Shown piece by piece: positions 1-9,027 of a stretch of DNA of 64,000 nt. Positions within the stretch are counted from its first letter, which is position 1; every line of letters begins with the position of its first letter. Location: IMG/VR virus record IMGVR_UViG_3300050343_000281, positions 10,401 to 74,400 of that record; one strand, given 5' to 3'. The notes beneath the pieces were generated by a model. It had not been told where the DNA came from and did not search any database. It saw only the letters and a program-made list of their open reading frames with translations. The stretch comes from a virus. A program made the position numbers and the translations under genes.

Positions 1-44
1 TCTTGAATGATTTCCATAGACTCTTCTATTTCCATAAGCTACCT

Positions 45-1064
45 CTAATCTTCTGCTTTATCTCCACTAAAAATTTCTTTAATTTCTATTTCTTTTCCAT
101 CTTTGCCCATTATTTTCTTAGTAAGATCATAAGAAAAAGCTTTGTTTCTTTCTTCTGCAGACTTCATTTCTAGGAGAGTATTGTAATATAATTTGAATAT
201 TGTGTACTCTTCTGTAGTCATTTTTCTTAACATTCTCAGCTCTCTATCATAAGCTAGTAGTTTATTTTGCCCACGTTTAACTTTATCATTTTTATGAGCT
301 TCTCTAATTTTTGCATACCCCCATCCAAGGATGCTAATTCCAGCATCTTCTTCTAGTCTGAGTATAGGCCTATGGATCTGGATAATGTTGTTAGCAATAT
401 ACTTAAACTGACTACATGCTAAAACAGAATCTGCATCTAAAGGTATTTCCCCTTTACCTCCAGAAGACTTGTTAACCTGTGCCATAGCTATTCCTAAAGC
501 ATCTAAATTAACTGCCATTTCTTTTACCATAACCATTATAGAGTTTAGCGTACTTGGATCATTTTCTCCAATTACATGCAAGTGATCAATTGCAAAACAA
601 CTAACATCTCCAATAGCATCTTTATAAACATTTAACTGCTCTTTAATCCACCTCATACTAATGGAATCTCTTGACTTACCCTCATCATCATATCTAGATA
701 AAATGAATAATCTTTCGGAAAGGTCCTCATCATCTCCAGTCATATCAAACCATCTCTTAGCAATTTCTTGGTCAGTCATTTCAAGAGAAACATAAACAGC
801 ACAACTATTTTTATTTGATATTAGAACGTCTTTCATTAACTGAAGTACTACTTCTGATTTACCAACACCGCTGTCTCCAAGTACTCCAAGAACTTCTTTA
901 CGACTCCATTTATGTACTAAACAATCAAATTCTGGAGTAGATTTTACATATAAAGCAGGGTCGCTTCCTTTCTTGACTCTACCACTTCTTCTAAGTTCTC
1001 CAAGAGATCTTATACCAGCTTGTTCTCTTCTTTTTTGTGCAAAATTCACCACTCCTCCTTTCAT
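45..1064 (-). CDS. DnaB-like (SF4) replicative helicase
   Basis: Walker A GDSGVGKS, YVSLEM motif, FAIDHL Walker B, AMAQVNK motif. Confidence 0.85.
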   Translation of the reverse strand: MKGGVVNFAQKRREQAGIRSLGELRRSGRVKKGSDPALYVKSTPEFDCLVHKWSRKEVLGVLGDSGVGKSEVVLQLMKDVLISNKNSCAVYVSLEMTDQEIAKRWFDMTGDDEDLSERLFILSRYDDEGKSRDSISMRWIKEQLNVYKDAIGDVSCFAIDHLHVIGENDPSTLNSIMVMVKEMAVNLDALGIAMAQVNKSSGGKGEIPLDADSVLACSQFKYIANNIIQIHRPILRLEEDAGISILGWGYAKIREAHKNDKVKRGQNKLLAYDRELRMLRKMTTEEYTIFKLYYNTLLEMKSAEERNKAFSYDLTKKIMGKDGKEIEIKEIFSGDKAED

Positions 1065-1093
1065 TACAGCTCCTTTTATTATAACACATGTAG

Positions 1094-1303
1094 TTATTTA
1101 TATCCAAAAAAATCTTTTATGGCTTTAATTCTTTCTTCACAATTCTCTTTTTCTTCTGGTACTAATTCCATCAATAGTTCATACACAACTATGGTAGGAA
1201 CTCCAGTTAAAGCAGAGTAAAGAGACATTTCTCCAAAACCGTGTCTTTTATAATGTGATAAAAGAGAGTGTAAACAGTCTCTATAGTCTTCTTTATTATA
1301 CAT
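1094..1303 (-). CDS. Hypothetical protein (start likely MYNKED at 1303)
   Basis: ORF track 1094..1333, but its upstream TTG lies inside a terminator hairpin. Confidence 0.5.
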   Translation of the reverse strand: MYNKEDYRDCLHSLLSHYKRHGFGEMSLYSALTGVPTIVVYELLMELVPEEKENCEERIKAIKDFFGYK

Positions 1304-1319
1304 TAAATTAATCTTCTTT

Positions 1320-1344
1320 AAAAAAAGCCCCAATTAAGGGGCTA
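1320..1344 (-). terminator. Rho-independent terminator
   Basis: Minus strand AGCCCC-TTAATT-GGGGCT followed by a T-tract. Confidence 0.75.
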
Positions 1345-1385
1345 TCGGAAATATAAGTTAAATTAAGAAAAGGAGAGGGAGAAAC

Positions 1386-1706
1386 TTAATTTAACTTTAC
1401 TGTACCTTCTTCGATAATATAATCAGGAATTTTAGATATACGATCTTCAGCCTGATTTTCTGTCATTGTTCCGTTTTCTAACATGATTTGAAATTTTTCT
1501 GCTGGATCATTTACATAAATAGTTTTACCATTTACGTTTACTCCATTAATTTCAATGTTAACATAATCAGAGTTTTTTACAAATTGAATATACTCAGAAC
1601 CATCTTCGCCTTTTTTAACTTCAAATAATGTCACGTATCCTGTAGTTTTTAAGTTACCTGAGTTAGTATTTTCTCTTGTGGAAGTTCTTCTAGATGTTCT
1701 TGTCAT
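1386..1706 (-). CDS. Hypothetical protein, possibly ssDNA-binding
   Basis: 106-aa beta-rich ORF near the Sak-like gene; function inferred from context only. Confidence 0.4.
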   Translation of the reverse strand: MTRTSRRTSTRENTNSGNLKTTGYVTLFEVKKGEDGSEYIQFVKNSDYVNIEINGVNVNGKTIYVNDPAEKFQIMLENGTMTENQAEDRISKIPDYIIEEGTVKLN

Positions 1707-2139
1707 TTGTAGTCTCCTTTGATTTTCTTAGCTCTTGTATTTTTTGTTGTATCTGTTCAATATTTTCTTCTGTATCTTCTTCAACATCTACATCACTATT
1801 TAAGTTTAGCTTTTTAGAATCTTTTTGTAAAGCATTATTTTCTTCTATTTTTACTTTTCTTTTGTTTATTTCAGAAGTACCAACAGAATCTAACATGTAT
1901 GGAGTTTCTGTAACTCCTAAGTTTCTATCATAAAGTTTATATTGTCTAACCAGATCATCTTCTATTAGATAAACATTTCCCTTAACATCTTCTGCTACAT
2001 GGTAATGCCAAGATCCCATATTTCTAATTTTTACAGGACTAATGTTAGCAACTCCGTCTGTTAAGTCAGTGTAGTTAGGAATAACATTTCTTTTTAGATT
2101 CTTTTCATTAATTCTATATGCTCTAACTTTCTGAGTCAT
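1690..2139 (-). CDS. Hypothetical protein
   Basis: 149-aa ORF overlapping neighbours in operon. Confidence 0.7.
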   Translation of the reverse strand: MTQKVRAYRINEKNLKRNVIPNYTDLTDGVANISPVKIRNMGSWHYHVAEDVKGNVYLIEDDLVRQYKLYDRNLGVTETPYMLDSVGTSEINKRKVKIEENNALQKDSKKLNLNSDVDVEEDTEENIEQIQQKIQELRKSKETTNDKNI

Positions 2140-2401
2140 CTTTCTTCTCCTGCTCTTTAAGAGCTAAACTAACCATCCCCATTTTTAGCTGCATTTCTTT
2201 TAAAGCGGCTCCCATTTTATAAACATCAACTTCTATTTGATTAGTTAGACTTTTACTAGGAGGTACTGGATATTCCATTACTGCCATAAATACCCTACTT
2301 AATTCTTTCTTTTTTAAATTAATTGCAGAATCTTGTAAGTCTATTGTAAGTTGAGCTGATATTTTTGCTAGTTTTTCAAATTCTTGTTTTAACTCACTCA
2401 T
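2123..2401 (-). CDS. Hypothetical protein
   Basis: 92-aa ORF with ATGA overlap to upstream gene. Confidence 0.7.
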   Translation of the reverse strand: MSELKQEFEKLAKISAQLTIDLQDSAINLKKKELSRVFMAVMEYPVPPSKSLTNQIEVDVYKMGAALKEMQLKMGMVSLALKEQEKKDDSES

Positions 2402-2958
2402 TCTGCAGTTCTCCTTCTAAATCCTCGTTTGTTTTTAGTTTCTTTTTTTGCAATCAGACTTATATCAGTAGTAGTTTCAGAACTATCAACACTGGTTTCT
2501 TGACTAGTTCCAACTTTTTTAGACCTTGTACTAGTTTTTTTAACTTCTTTTTCTCCAGATTCATCTTCGGGAAGATCCTCTCCAGCATAAATATAAAGTC
2601 CTAATCCATGTAATCCAATGGCTTTTACCGTAGCTCTTTGTATAGCTTTATTGACATCCATCATGTCAAAGACATCTTTGGAAATAGATTTGTTTTTAAA
2701 GTCCATTAAAGGCAAGTAGCTAATATGTTCTACTCCATTTACTTCTACTCCAACTTTTACAATAACTCCAGCTTCAGATTCAAAATATGGCATATTATCT
2801 TTTTCGTTATGATAAACTGTGACCCTGGCATCTGGAGCTACTTTCTTCAGTTCTCCCCAAGCAAAAGCCCAAGATAAATAAGTAAATTTACCTTTCTTTT
2901 CAGTTTTATCATTTACGTTTACTTTACTTAAAGAGTCAAATAAGCTTTCATTACTCAT
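2398..2958 (-). CDS. sak: Sak/Rad52-like single-strand annealing protein (DUF1071 type)
   Basis: VNVNDKTEKKGKFTYLSWAFAW and NKAIQRATVKAIGLHGLGLYIYAGEDLP signatures. Confidence 0.9.
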   Translation of the reverse strand: MSNESLFDSLSKVNVNDKTEKKGKFTYLSWAFAWGELKKVAPDARVTVYHNEKDNMPYFESEAGVIVKVGVEVNGVEHISYLPLMDFKNKSISKDVFDMMDVNKAIQRATVKAIGLHGLGLYIYAGEDLPEDESGEKEVKKTSTRSKKVGTSQETSVDSSETTTDISLIAKKETKNKRGFRRRTAE

Positions 2959-3403
2959 CTGAGATCTCCTCTTTTAAGTCGTTTTCTGTAATGTCATATC
3001 TACTAAATACAGTAGATTCTAATCTTGTTTTAAATTCTCTCAATCCCTGGACCTCTTCTTCCGCTCCACCTAAATTGATGATTTGACTAATCATGTTATC
3101 AATTTGTAGATAAGATTTCATTTCAACTCTAGACTGATTGAAAGCTTCTCCTAAAGAGTATTCTATTAACTTACTATCTACTTTATCTACAGTAATTTCT
3201 TCTTCTTCTGCAATTTCTTCTACATCTACATCTAGTTTCGTAATTAAATGAGACTCTAAAGTACTAACTACTTTAGACAATTCTGTTTCAATGCCCAACT
3301 TAGGAGCAATTTTTTCTAGTAATTGTCTATTATTCAATAACATTCCTAGTTCAAAATCTAAATCTTCATGTCTTGCATTTAAAGTTTCTGTAAGTTTACC
3401 CAT
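2951..3403 (-). CDS. Hypothetical acidic protein
   Basis: 150-aa ORF with GGAGG RBS. Confidence 0.7.
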   Translation of the reverse strand: MGKLTETLNARHEDLDFELGMLLNNRQLLEKIAPKLGIETELSKVVSTLESHLITKLDVDVEEIAEEEEITVDKVDSKLIEYSLGEAFNQSRVEMKSYLQIDNMISQIINLGGAEEEVQGLREFKTRLESTVFSRYDITENDLKEEISDE

Positions 3404-3725
3404 TTAATACCTCCGAATTATATACTTGTTGATACATTTTTTCTGCTATTACCATTTCTAATCTATATAGTGCTAATTCTTTACTACTTTCTTTAATTTG
3501 TTGAACAACTTTTACATTATTGCTTTCTGGAGAATATTTTAAAACATCTACTACATGGGAGTTACCGTTTTTGTAATAGGTATTTGCAAATAATGGAAGT
3601 TTATTTTCATCTAACTCACCGTTTTTTAAGTTATCTAACTCTTTTTTTAATAATTTGTTTTCCTGTTTCAACTCTCTAGCTAGGGCAATTAAGTCTTTTT
3701 TTGTAAGTTTTTCTAATGCTGCCAT
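3396..3725 (-). CDS. Hypothetical protein with N-terminal coiled coil
   Basis: 109-aa ORF in operon. Confidence 0.7.
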   Translation of the reverse strand: MAALEKLTKKDLIALARELKQENKLLKKELDNLKNGELDENKLPLFANTYYKNGNSHVVDVLKYSPESNNVKVVQQIKESSKELALYRLEMVIAEKMYQQVYNSEVLNG

Positions 3726-4706
3726 TTAAATTCCTTTTAATCCCTTTTTATTTTGTCCATCACTTCTACAGTAAGAATAGTATGGACATGGTTTACCAAA
3801 AAAATAACATCCCGAATCATAGTTTTTTTCAAAGAAACCAATAGAGATTCCCTCTAGTACATTATCATATACTTTGAATGTTTCGTCAATAGTTTTTTCT
3901 GGTATTTTATCTATAATTAATTGTGTTCTAGTTTTAGGTTCTCTTTTTCTTATTTTTTTTTCTACAACTCCATAAGCTCCCCATTCTAATCCCTCATGTT
4001 CTACATAAGTTGCTAGTTGTGGGCTATTAGCCACAGAGTCTTCTGTGTAAGCTTTTGAACTTGATTTGTTATCCAATACTACCTTTCTATCTGGAGCATC
4101 TATAAAGCTAACTACAGCGTCAATATACCCTATTAGAATATTACCTCTATCATCTGGTAACTCTACTTTTTTTTGTATATCAAATACTGTATGGATTTTT
4201 GGCAAAATGTCGTCATGATAGGCTTTTATTAACATGCTACCCTTTTTTAGCAGACATTCCCAAGCTATTCTTTTATATAATATTTTATCTTCTGGAGATA
4301 GTTCTTCTTTATTTTTTATAATATCAAAACATTCTTTTATAAATAATTCGTGATCTCTAACTTCTGGGTCAAATACAGTTAAGTCTTTTAGGTCGGATTG
4401 ATCTAGCAGGGATAGGTCTATGTCGGATTTAAAGTAATCTATGTTATTTTGATCAACTTTGTCATCCCATTGGTCTTCAAATTCTATAATTGCTTTTTGT
4501 AATAATGATATATTCTGTGCTTCTATACCCAGTTGCATACTTTTCTTAGACTCTAAAAGTACATTAAAAGATTCATCTAATGCACTACCAAAATATAAGG
4601 CACTACTATTTGAAATAGGTCTTATCCTATCAATGTAATGATATTTATACATTGCAGGACATTGTTCGTATTTATTAGCTGCAGAATGTGATAATTGGAT
4701 TGTCAT
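3726..4706 (-). CDS. PD-(D/E)XK exonuclease, Cas4/RecB-like with probable Fe-S cluster
   Basis: LSHS..CP N-terminus, GYID...LDNKS, QLATY, C-terminal C-x6-CP-x4-C. Confidence 0.85.
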   Translation of the reverse strand: MTIQLSHSAANKYEQCPAMYKYHYIDRIRPISNSSALYFGSALDESFNVLLESKKSMQLGIEAQNISLLQKAIIEFEDQWDDKVDQNNIDYFKSDIDLSLLDQSDLKDLTVFDPEVRDHELFIKECFDIIKNKEELSPEDKILYKRIAWECLLKKGSMLIKAYHDDILPKIHTVFDIQKKVELPDDRGNILIGYIDAVVSFIDAPDRKVVLDNKSSSKAYTEDSVANSPQLATYVEHEGLEWGAYGVVEKKIRKREPKTRTQLIIDKIPEKTIDETFKVYDNVLEGISIGFFEKNYDSGCYFFGKPCPYYSYCRSDGQNKKGLKGI

Positions 4707-4707
4707 A

Positions 4708-5178
4708 TTACTCCCATACAGGAATTAGTTTATCAGTATCCCATCTATCATTCAAGTATAATTTATACGCTTCATATACATTATCTACATGTTTGTAACT
4801 AACATTAAATTGCTGATTAGCCGCACAATTAGGCTTTTTAGTTAATCCATTGGATGGTATCAATTTTCTAGCCTGTAGTTTTATGTCTGAGTTTATAAAC
4901 TTAATAAAAGACTTATGTACTTTTCCTCTACGTTTTTTATATTCTAATGCTAAAGCTACCATATGATTCCATAACCATGTCCAATTTTCATAACTATGAG
5001 TAGCCCATAAAGTACTAGGATGATTTTTGTGAGTAGATTTATATGGAGCATGTCCTCCATTTTGTATTACTGCCGTTGAAAGCATTTGGCAACTTTCTAG
5101 TATCATTTTATTTACTCTTTTAGTATCTAAGTACTTAGCAGATTTTAAAGGACTTTTATCTGTAAAAAATATATTCAA
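4708..5178 (-). CDS. Pyrimidine dimer DNA glycosylase / endonuclease V-like family protein
   Basis: MNIF...KMILESCQMLST...YKSTHKNHPSTLW...EYKKRRGKVHKS pattern. Confidence 0.75.
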   Translation of the reverse strand: MNIFFTDKSPLKSAKYLDTKRVNKMILESCQMLSTAVIQNGGHAPYKSTHKNHPSTLWATHSYENWTWLWNHMVALALEYKKRRGKVHKSFIKFINSDIKLQARKLIPSNGLTKKPNCAANQQFNVSYKHVDNVYEAYKLYLNDRWDTDKLIPVWE

Positions 5179-5180
5179 AA

Positions 5181-5384
5181 TTATCTCCTATGTATTTTCT
5201 CGCAAATAGCAAAAGCATCCTCAATATCTACACCTTGTTCTGTCATAAAGTCATCAATACATTCCTTTAATCTTTGTATATGGGTTTTGTTTTTTTTCTT
5301 TTTAACGCTTCTTTCTGGCAAATTTAAGGCACAAGAAGAAAATACGCAAAATACGATTAAAATGATTAAATTTTTTAATAACAT
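5181..5384 (-). CDS. Putative small lipoprotein
   Basis: Hydrophobic N-terminus ending in lipobox-like FSSC. Confidence 0.55.
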   Translation of the reverse strand: MLLKNLIILIVFCVFSSCALNLPERSVKKKKNKTHIQRLKECIDDFMTEQGVDIEDAFAICEKIHRR

Positions 5385-5488
5385 GTTATTCCTTTTCTTT
5401 ATATAAATTTTGTAAAAACTTTATAAAACTTACATAATCTGATTCTCTAAATAGTTTTATTATAAGTTTAACATCCATATCATCCCTT

Positions 5489-6271
5489 TTAAAAACTGGA
5501 TAGTGTTTTAATAGTTAATGATCCGTTATAATTTGATCCACTTATATTATTACTTTTATATTGCAGTTGTCCATTATTGGTTATACTAAAATCAACTCCC
5601 GCATAACTTCCAGAAAAGTTATTTGATATGCTAAACTCAGATCCTTCTTTAATAACCCTCATCTCTCCTACTTCTGTAAAGTCTAAGTTATCAACACTTC
5701 TAGAAACATTGTAATGTAATATAGTAGATTTCAAACTAGAATCTATCAATGCTCCTGTAATGTTAGAAAAAGAAGTTATATTGTTTACTATATTAAAAGA
5801 GTCGACTAATAAATCTGAACTAGGTTCTACAACTTGCTCTTTTAATAACTTATAAAAAGAGCTATTGTAAAATAACAATTGTAAAGTGTTGTTTGATGCT
5901 ATGGTAGAAAAAGAAGTATTATCATTATTGTTTACAGAAACTTCTTCGCTAGAGGCATTATGTAAATTTAACAAATATCCACTATTTAAAGAAGAAGTTA
6001 GGGGTAGTTTTAAAGAAAATCCAGTACCTGTACCGACTATAATAAAGTTACTAGATAGATTTTGAGAAACTTCATAAACTCCATTATTTGAGGTAGTAAC
6101 TAGTGTCGGCTCAAAATAAATACTTTTTATATTTGTTAGACTATTACTACCCAAGCTTAAATCACCTTGCATTGTATCGCCTGATCTATTTACTTTTTTA
6201 TTATCAAGCTCCAATAATTCAGTATCGTCTGTCATTGCAGAGCTAATGAATTTCGGGTCAATTTTTGGCAT
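5489..6271 (-). CDS. Tail-fibre-like protein located in the early region
   Basis: VNRSGDTMQGDL fibre motif; C-terminal ~105 aa clearly paralogous to that of 40001..40813. Confidence 0.7.
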   Translation of the reverse strand: MPKIDPKFISSAMTDDTELLELDNKKVNRSGDTMQGDLSLGSNSLTNIKSIYFEPTLVTTSNNGVYEVSQNLSSNFIIVGTGTGFSLKLPLTSSLNSGYLLNLHNASSEEVSVNNNDNTSFSTIASNNTLQLLFYNSSFYKLLKEQVVEPSSDLLVDSFNIVNNITSFSNITGALIDSSLKSTILHYNVSRSVDNLDFTEVGEMRVIKEGSEFSISNNFSGSYAGVDFSITNNGQLQYKSNNISGSNYNGSLTIKTLSSF

Positions 6272-6273
6272 AG

Positions 6274-6522
6274 TTACCTCTTATCTTTATATTGATTTAA
6301 TTCAATTCTTAGTTCACTTATAGTATTTATCAACATTTTTTTCTCTTCTTGCATAAGAACGTAAGCTTCTTTAACTCTTTCTTGAGTCTCTTCCAGTCTT
6401 TTTTTATAACTATTGGTTTCTAACTCATAGTTAGCCGTCAAACCTCTACTAAAAATATAACACAATGTTACAATTAATGCAAGTTTTATAAATATCATTG
6501 TTCTGTTCCTATAATGTAGCAA
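6274..6522 (-). CDS. Hypothetical membrane-anchored coiled-coil protein
   Basis: N-terminal TM segment followed by coiled coil; start probably a downstream Met. Confidence 0.55.
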   Translation of the reverse strand: MLHYRNRTMIFIKLALIVTLCYIFSRGLTANYELETNSYKKRLEETQERVKEAYVLMQEEKKMLINTISELRIELNQYKDKR

Positions 6523-6553
6523 AATATTAAAAATAATAGTACAAATAAAAGTA

Positions 6554-6790
6554 TTATAATTTACTTAAACCATCGTACGTTTTTAAAGCTCTTGCATTAT
6601 TAGCCAAAGTTCCTAATAGATTTGCATATGCATCTTCTAAACTATTTCCTTTTACTACAGCTACGGTTGTTTTTGTAGACAGGTCTTCTAGTTCTAGTGT
6701 AATTTTATTACTTATTGTAAGTATTACATCTAAGTCGTTCTCAAATAATTTCTTTTGAAGTAATGCTAGTAAGTTTAAATTATTTTCCAT
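6554..6790 (-). CDS. Hypothetical protein
   Basis: 78-aa ORF in operon. Confidence 0.65.
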   Translation of the reverse strand: MENNLNLLALLQKKLFENDLDVILTISNKITLELEDLSTKTTVAVVKGNSLEDAYANLLGTLANNARALKTYDGLSKL

Positions 6791-6791
6791 T

Positions 6792-7016
6792 TTATTTTCC
6801 TTTTTTTATCAATGATTTTAGCTCATCTGTGTTTACATTTATTTTTAAAATAGCTTCGGATAGTGTTAAGTTAGTAAGGTCTTTATTTGAAGTATACTCT
6901 GATACTATAAAACTTTGATCGCTTTTAACTAAATCAATTATATAATTTAAATTAACATACTCGCTAATTTTACGACTATATAACTTTCTATTTTTATACT
7001 TTATAATATTTTCCAT
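6792..7016 (-). CDS. PhaR/PHB-accumulation-regulator N-terminal DNA-binding domain protein
   Basis: IIKYKNRKLY...YVNLNYIIDLVK...F.V....NKDLT..TL matches the PHB_acc_N pattern I(K/R)KYxNR(R/K)LYD...Y(I/V)TL..I...V...D(L/I)T. Confidence 0.75.
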   Translation of the reverse strand: MENIIKYKNRKLYSRKISEYVNLNYIIDLVKSDQSFIVSEYTSNKDLTNLTLSEAILKINVNTDELKSLIKKGK

Positions 7017-7657
7017 TACTTAATCTCCTCCTTTCTAACTTTATACCCTTCTTTATTTTTAGTTTTCCCTTGGGAATAGTGAATTATACTAGTTTCTGAT
7101 ACTCCAATAGCTTTTCCAGCATCCTTAGCACCTATGAATTTTCCTATTTCTTTTCCAGCTTTTGTTACGATAAAATAAAATCTTTTTTTGTTTTTAGTAA
7201 CTAGTTTTCTATCTTTTTTATTCTTTAACTCTTCTCTTTTTATTAAGATGGGTAATCTTTGCCTACCCCCCGTATTTTTTACTTGCTCGCTATTTCTTTT
7301 CATTATATTTATAATAGTTTCTTTGCTTACTTTTAGCTTATCTGCTATTTCATTCATACTATAAGCTTCTGCTAATAAGCTCCCTTTCGGACAAGTTGCT
7401 ACATATTTGTAAAACTTTCTTCCACCAGAATATAGATCTTCTTTAGATCTTCCATCAACTACAGGACATAAGTCTATAACTTCCTCTTTTTCATTTATTA
7501 ATATTTTTCTAAAACCAGAACCAATGGGTTCTAATACTTCTACCAAATCATCTTCTTTATGTCTTTCTTTTAGTCTAATCTTGAACAACTCCTCAAACTG
7601 CTTTACATTTGCAGGAATCATGTTATCAAATTTTTTTATTTTATCCGCTATGTTCAT
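7016..7657 (-). CDS. DNA-binding protein with two NUMOD1/HTH-like modules
   Basis: SMNEIADKLKVSKETI and GAKDAGKAIGVSETSI; start moved to MNIADKI by similarity to paralog 9028..9654. Confidence 0.65.
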   Translation of the reverse strand: MNIADKIKKFDNMIPANVKQFEELFKIRLKERHKEDDLVEVLEPIGSGFRKILINEKEEVIDLCPVVDGRSKEDLYSGGRKFYKYVATCPKGSLLAEAYSMNEIADKLKVSKETIINIMKRNSEQVKNTGGRQRLPILIKREELKNKKDRKLVTKNKKRFYFIVTKAGKEIGKFIGAKDAGKAIGVSETSIIHYSQGKTKNKEGYKVRKEEIK

Positions 7658-7664
7658 AAGATCC

Positions 7665-7868
7665 CTATTGTATGCTTTCGCTGTCAATGCTAATTTCATT
7701 ATCGTCAAGCTTTTCCAATTCTTTTTCAATTTTTTGTACGATATTTACAGACTTCTCATAATTTTTTTTAGACATTGCTAAATCATAGTCTGATAAAAGA
7801 TTATCAATAGTACTTTCAATTTTTGTAATTTCTTTTAAATTCATTGTTTTTTCTCCTTTAATCCACAT
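7665..7868 (-). CDS. Hypothetical protein
   Basis: Short acidic ORF; probable start at MNLKEI. Confidence 0.5.
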   Translation of the reverse strand: MWIKGEKTMNLKEITKIESTIDNLLSDYDLAMSKKNYEKSVNIVQKIEKELEKLDDNEISIDSESIQ

Positions 7869-8041
7869 GTAGCATTATATACTCTTTTTTCTTTTTTAAC
7901 AAATTTTTTTAAACATGGCTGATCGCCATACCTAGAATCACTAGAACATACATATTGACTTCTTTTTATAGCTTTAAAATCTGTATTATTTAGTGGAAAA
8001 CTAGTTAAGTTAATAATAATAGTTGTCATACAAATTAACAT
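7841..8041 (-). CDS. Hypothetical Cys-containing protein
   Basis: 66 aa with four Cys, AAGGA RBS. Confidence 0.6.
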   Translation of the reverse strand: MLICMTTIIINLTSFPLNNTDFKAIKRSQYVCSSDSRYGDQPCLKKFVKKEKRVYNATCGLKEKKQ

Positions 8042-8053
8042 AATATATTCCTT

Positions 8054-8473
8054 TTAAAATGATATAGTTATAGCATGTGTTATAATACCAAAAGACACAA
8101 TATTGTCTAATGCTATTATAGTGTCGTTTTTTTTATATAATGGTATTTTATAATCAATGCCCAAAACTGGAGTAATGTTTCCAGAAGTTATAGGAGTTAT
8201 GTCCCTATCGTAAAACTTTTTATGATTTGTATTATACCCACCTACTATAAAGCTAAAGCTATCGTTTACATTTAAAGACGCAATAGGTCCAACTATATCT
8301 CCGCAAGCTGAATCTTTTCCCATAATTAAACCAATTTGCAAACCTTTAGAGCCAACTAAAGCCCCTACATAATTATTTTGTATTGTTCCGACTTCATTTA
8401 TTTGATTACAGTAGTTAAGATCAGTTGCAATATAGTGATGAGTTATACCGCCTAAAAGTAAAGTAGTTAGCAT
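8054..8473 (-). CDS. Putative small beta-barrel protein, PagP-like motifs
   Basis: ITHH and MGKDS..GPIA motifs, alternating hydrophobic strands, terminal Phe. Confidence 0.4.
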   Translation of the reverse strand: MLTTLLLGGITHHYIATDLNYCNQINEVGTIQNNYVGALVGSKGLQIGLIMGKDSACGDIVGPIASLNVNDSFSFIVGGYNTNHKKFYDRDITPITSGNITPVLGIDYKIPLYKKNDTIIALDNIVSFGIITHAITISF

Positions 8474-8482
8474 ATTATTTTC

Positions 8483-8737
8483 CTAAAAAGTTAAAGTTTC
8501 TTTGTTAGACTTTACTTCTTTTACAGTATTTAAGTTAACGGTTCTATATTGTTTTTTTCCAAGATCAAAAACTGTTAGGTAGTTGAAATCATCTGGATTA
8601 TAAAATTTTTTCCCACCTTTTAAATACTTAGTTACTCCAAGTCTTGCGTTCATTTTTCTTAAAGTACCATCTTTTTTAATAAACGATATTGTAAAAAATT
8701 TATTTCCTACTAGTTTAATAATTTTTTCTTTATTCAT
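8483..8737 (-). CDS. WYL_2/SH3-like (DUF2693-type) phage protein
   Basis: FTISFIKKDGTLRKMNARLGV...VFDL.KKQYRTVN. Confidence 0.7.
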   Translation of the reverse strand: MNKEKIIKLVGNKFFTISFIKKDGTLRKMNARLGVTKYLKGGKKFYNPDDFNYLTVFDLGKKQYRTVNLNTVKEVKSNKETLTF

Positions 8738-8766
8738 AACACTCTCCTATAGTTTTAACTCTTTTT

Positions 8767-8961
8767 TTATTCATTTTTATTCACCTTTTCGTAATAAGCT
8801 TGTTTAATTTCTTCTATGTAAGGCTGATAATCATGACCATTTATACCACGGTTATAGGGTTCATTTATTATTTCTAGTGGTTTATCTTTACTCCAATGTT
8901 TAAAGTTTTTATAAGTCCTAGTATCTTTTTTCCTTATATGTCCTTTATTTAAAATAAACAT
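8767..8961 (-). CDS. Hypothetical protein
   Basis: 64-aa ORF with AAGGAG RBS downstream of a promoter. Confidence 0.65.
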   Translation of the reverse strand: MFILNKGHIRKKDTRTYKNFKHWSKDKPLEIINEPYNRGINGHDYQPYIEEIKQAYYEKVNKNE

Positions 8962-8984
8962 ATTAATACTCCTTTCCTGTTATT

Positions 8985-9013
8985 ATTATCTCATATTATA
9001 CGCAACGTGTCAA
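8985..9013 (-). promoter_or_regulatory. Sigma70-type early promoter
   Basis: TTGACA-17-GATAAT; 24-nt core nearly identical to that at 11524-11547. Confidence 0.7.
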
Positions 9014-9027
9014 CTATTATTTTATAA

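Noticed and set aside
3726-4706. Cas4-like gene as a CRISPR-Cas system
   Set aside because: No cas1/cas2 or array; it sits with Sak in a recombination module
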